From the IMG/VR virus record IMGVR_UViG_3300033067_000529, positions 1-24,615 of that record: DNA of 24,615 nt. One strand, written 5' to 3'. Under the pieces are notes generated by a model. It did not search any database, was not told where the DNA came from, and was given only the letters and a program-made list of their open reading frames with translations. Shown piece by piece: positions 24,535 through 24,615 of this stretch. This stretch comes from a virus. Its lineage: Duplodnaviria > Caudoviricetes. The number at the start of each line of letters is the position of its first letter. Position 1 is the first letter of the stretch. The position numbers and the translations under genes are program-made.

Positions 24535-24615
24535 TTAGTTTTTACTTCTGTTTATGTATTGGGTTATAAGTTTATTAATATCAATACTATTATGATATTC
24601 CCAATTATCCCACCA
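24535..24615 (-). CDS. C-terminal fragment of an upstream minus-strand gene
   Basis: Open from the window edge (WWDNWEYHNSIDINKLITQYINRSKN*), stopping 5 nt before the next ATG. Confidence 0.4.
   Translation of the reverse strand, partial: WWDNWEYHNSIDINKLITQYINRSKN

Noticed and set aside
24139-24569. Plus-strand ORFs at 24139, 24263 and 24375
   Set aside because: They have weak non-ATG starts and lie opposite a coherent minus-strand gene run.

Overview
The window is a ~24.6 kb piece of a tailed dsDNA phage (siphovirus-type morphogenesis module, HK97-fold capsid). The host is probably in Bacteroidota, judged from TTTG-N19-TAnnTTTG promoters, near absence of Shine-Dalgarno sites and an AxA|Q signal peptide. 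Plus-strand order: 5'-truncated Prim-Pol/DUF3987 primase-helicase, an iteron-rich putative origin, TerS, a lipoprotein, a sugar-modification cassette (GT-A glycosyltransferase, deacetylase, Fis-type HTH, DUF616 glycosyltransferase, SAM methyltransferase), TerL, portal, minor head protein, prohead protease, MCP, neck/tail genes, TMP, a signal-peptide-bearing fibre protein and a lysis cassette. A convergent minus-strand region follows. Most notable: (1) a compact circularly permuted two-piece tmRNA (minus strand, ~24040-23770) with its own promoter, terminator and tag (A)GKIVPMFTPALKAVA; (2) a perfect 58-bp inverted copy of the head-closure gene start embedded in the TMP coding sequence; (3) a loop-loop-pairing leader/terminator RNA before the glyco-cassette; (4) a candidate structured antisense ncRNA driven by a perfect consensus promoter next to an operator-like palindrome. 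All calls come from motif reading by eye. No database searches were run.
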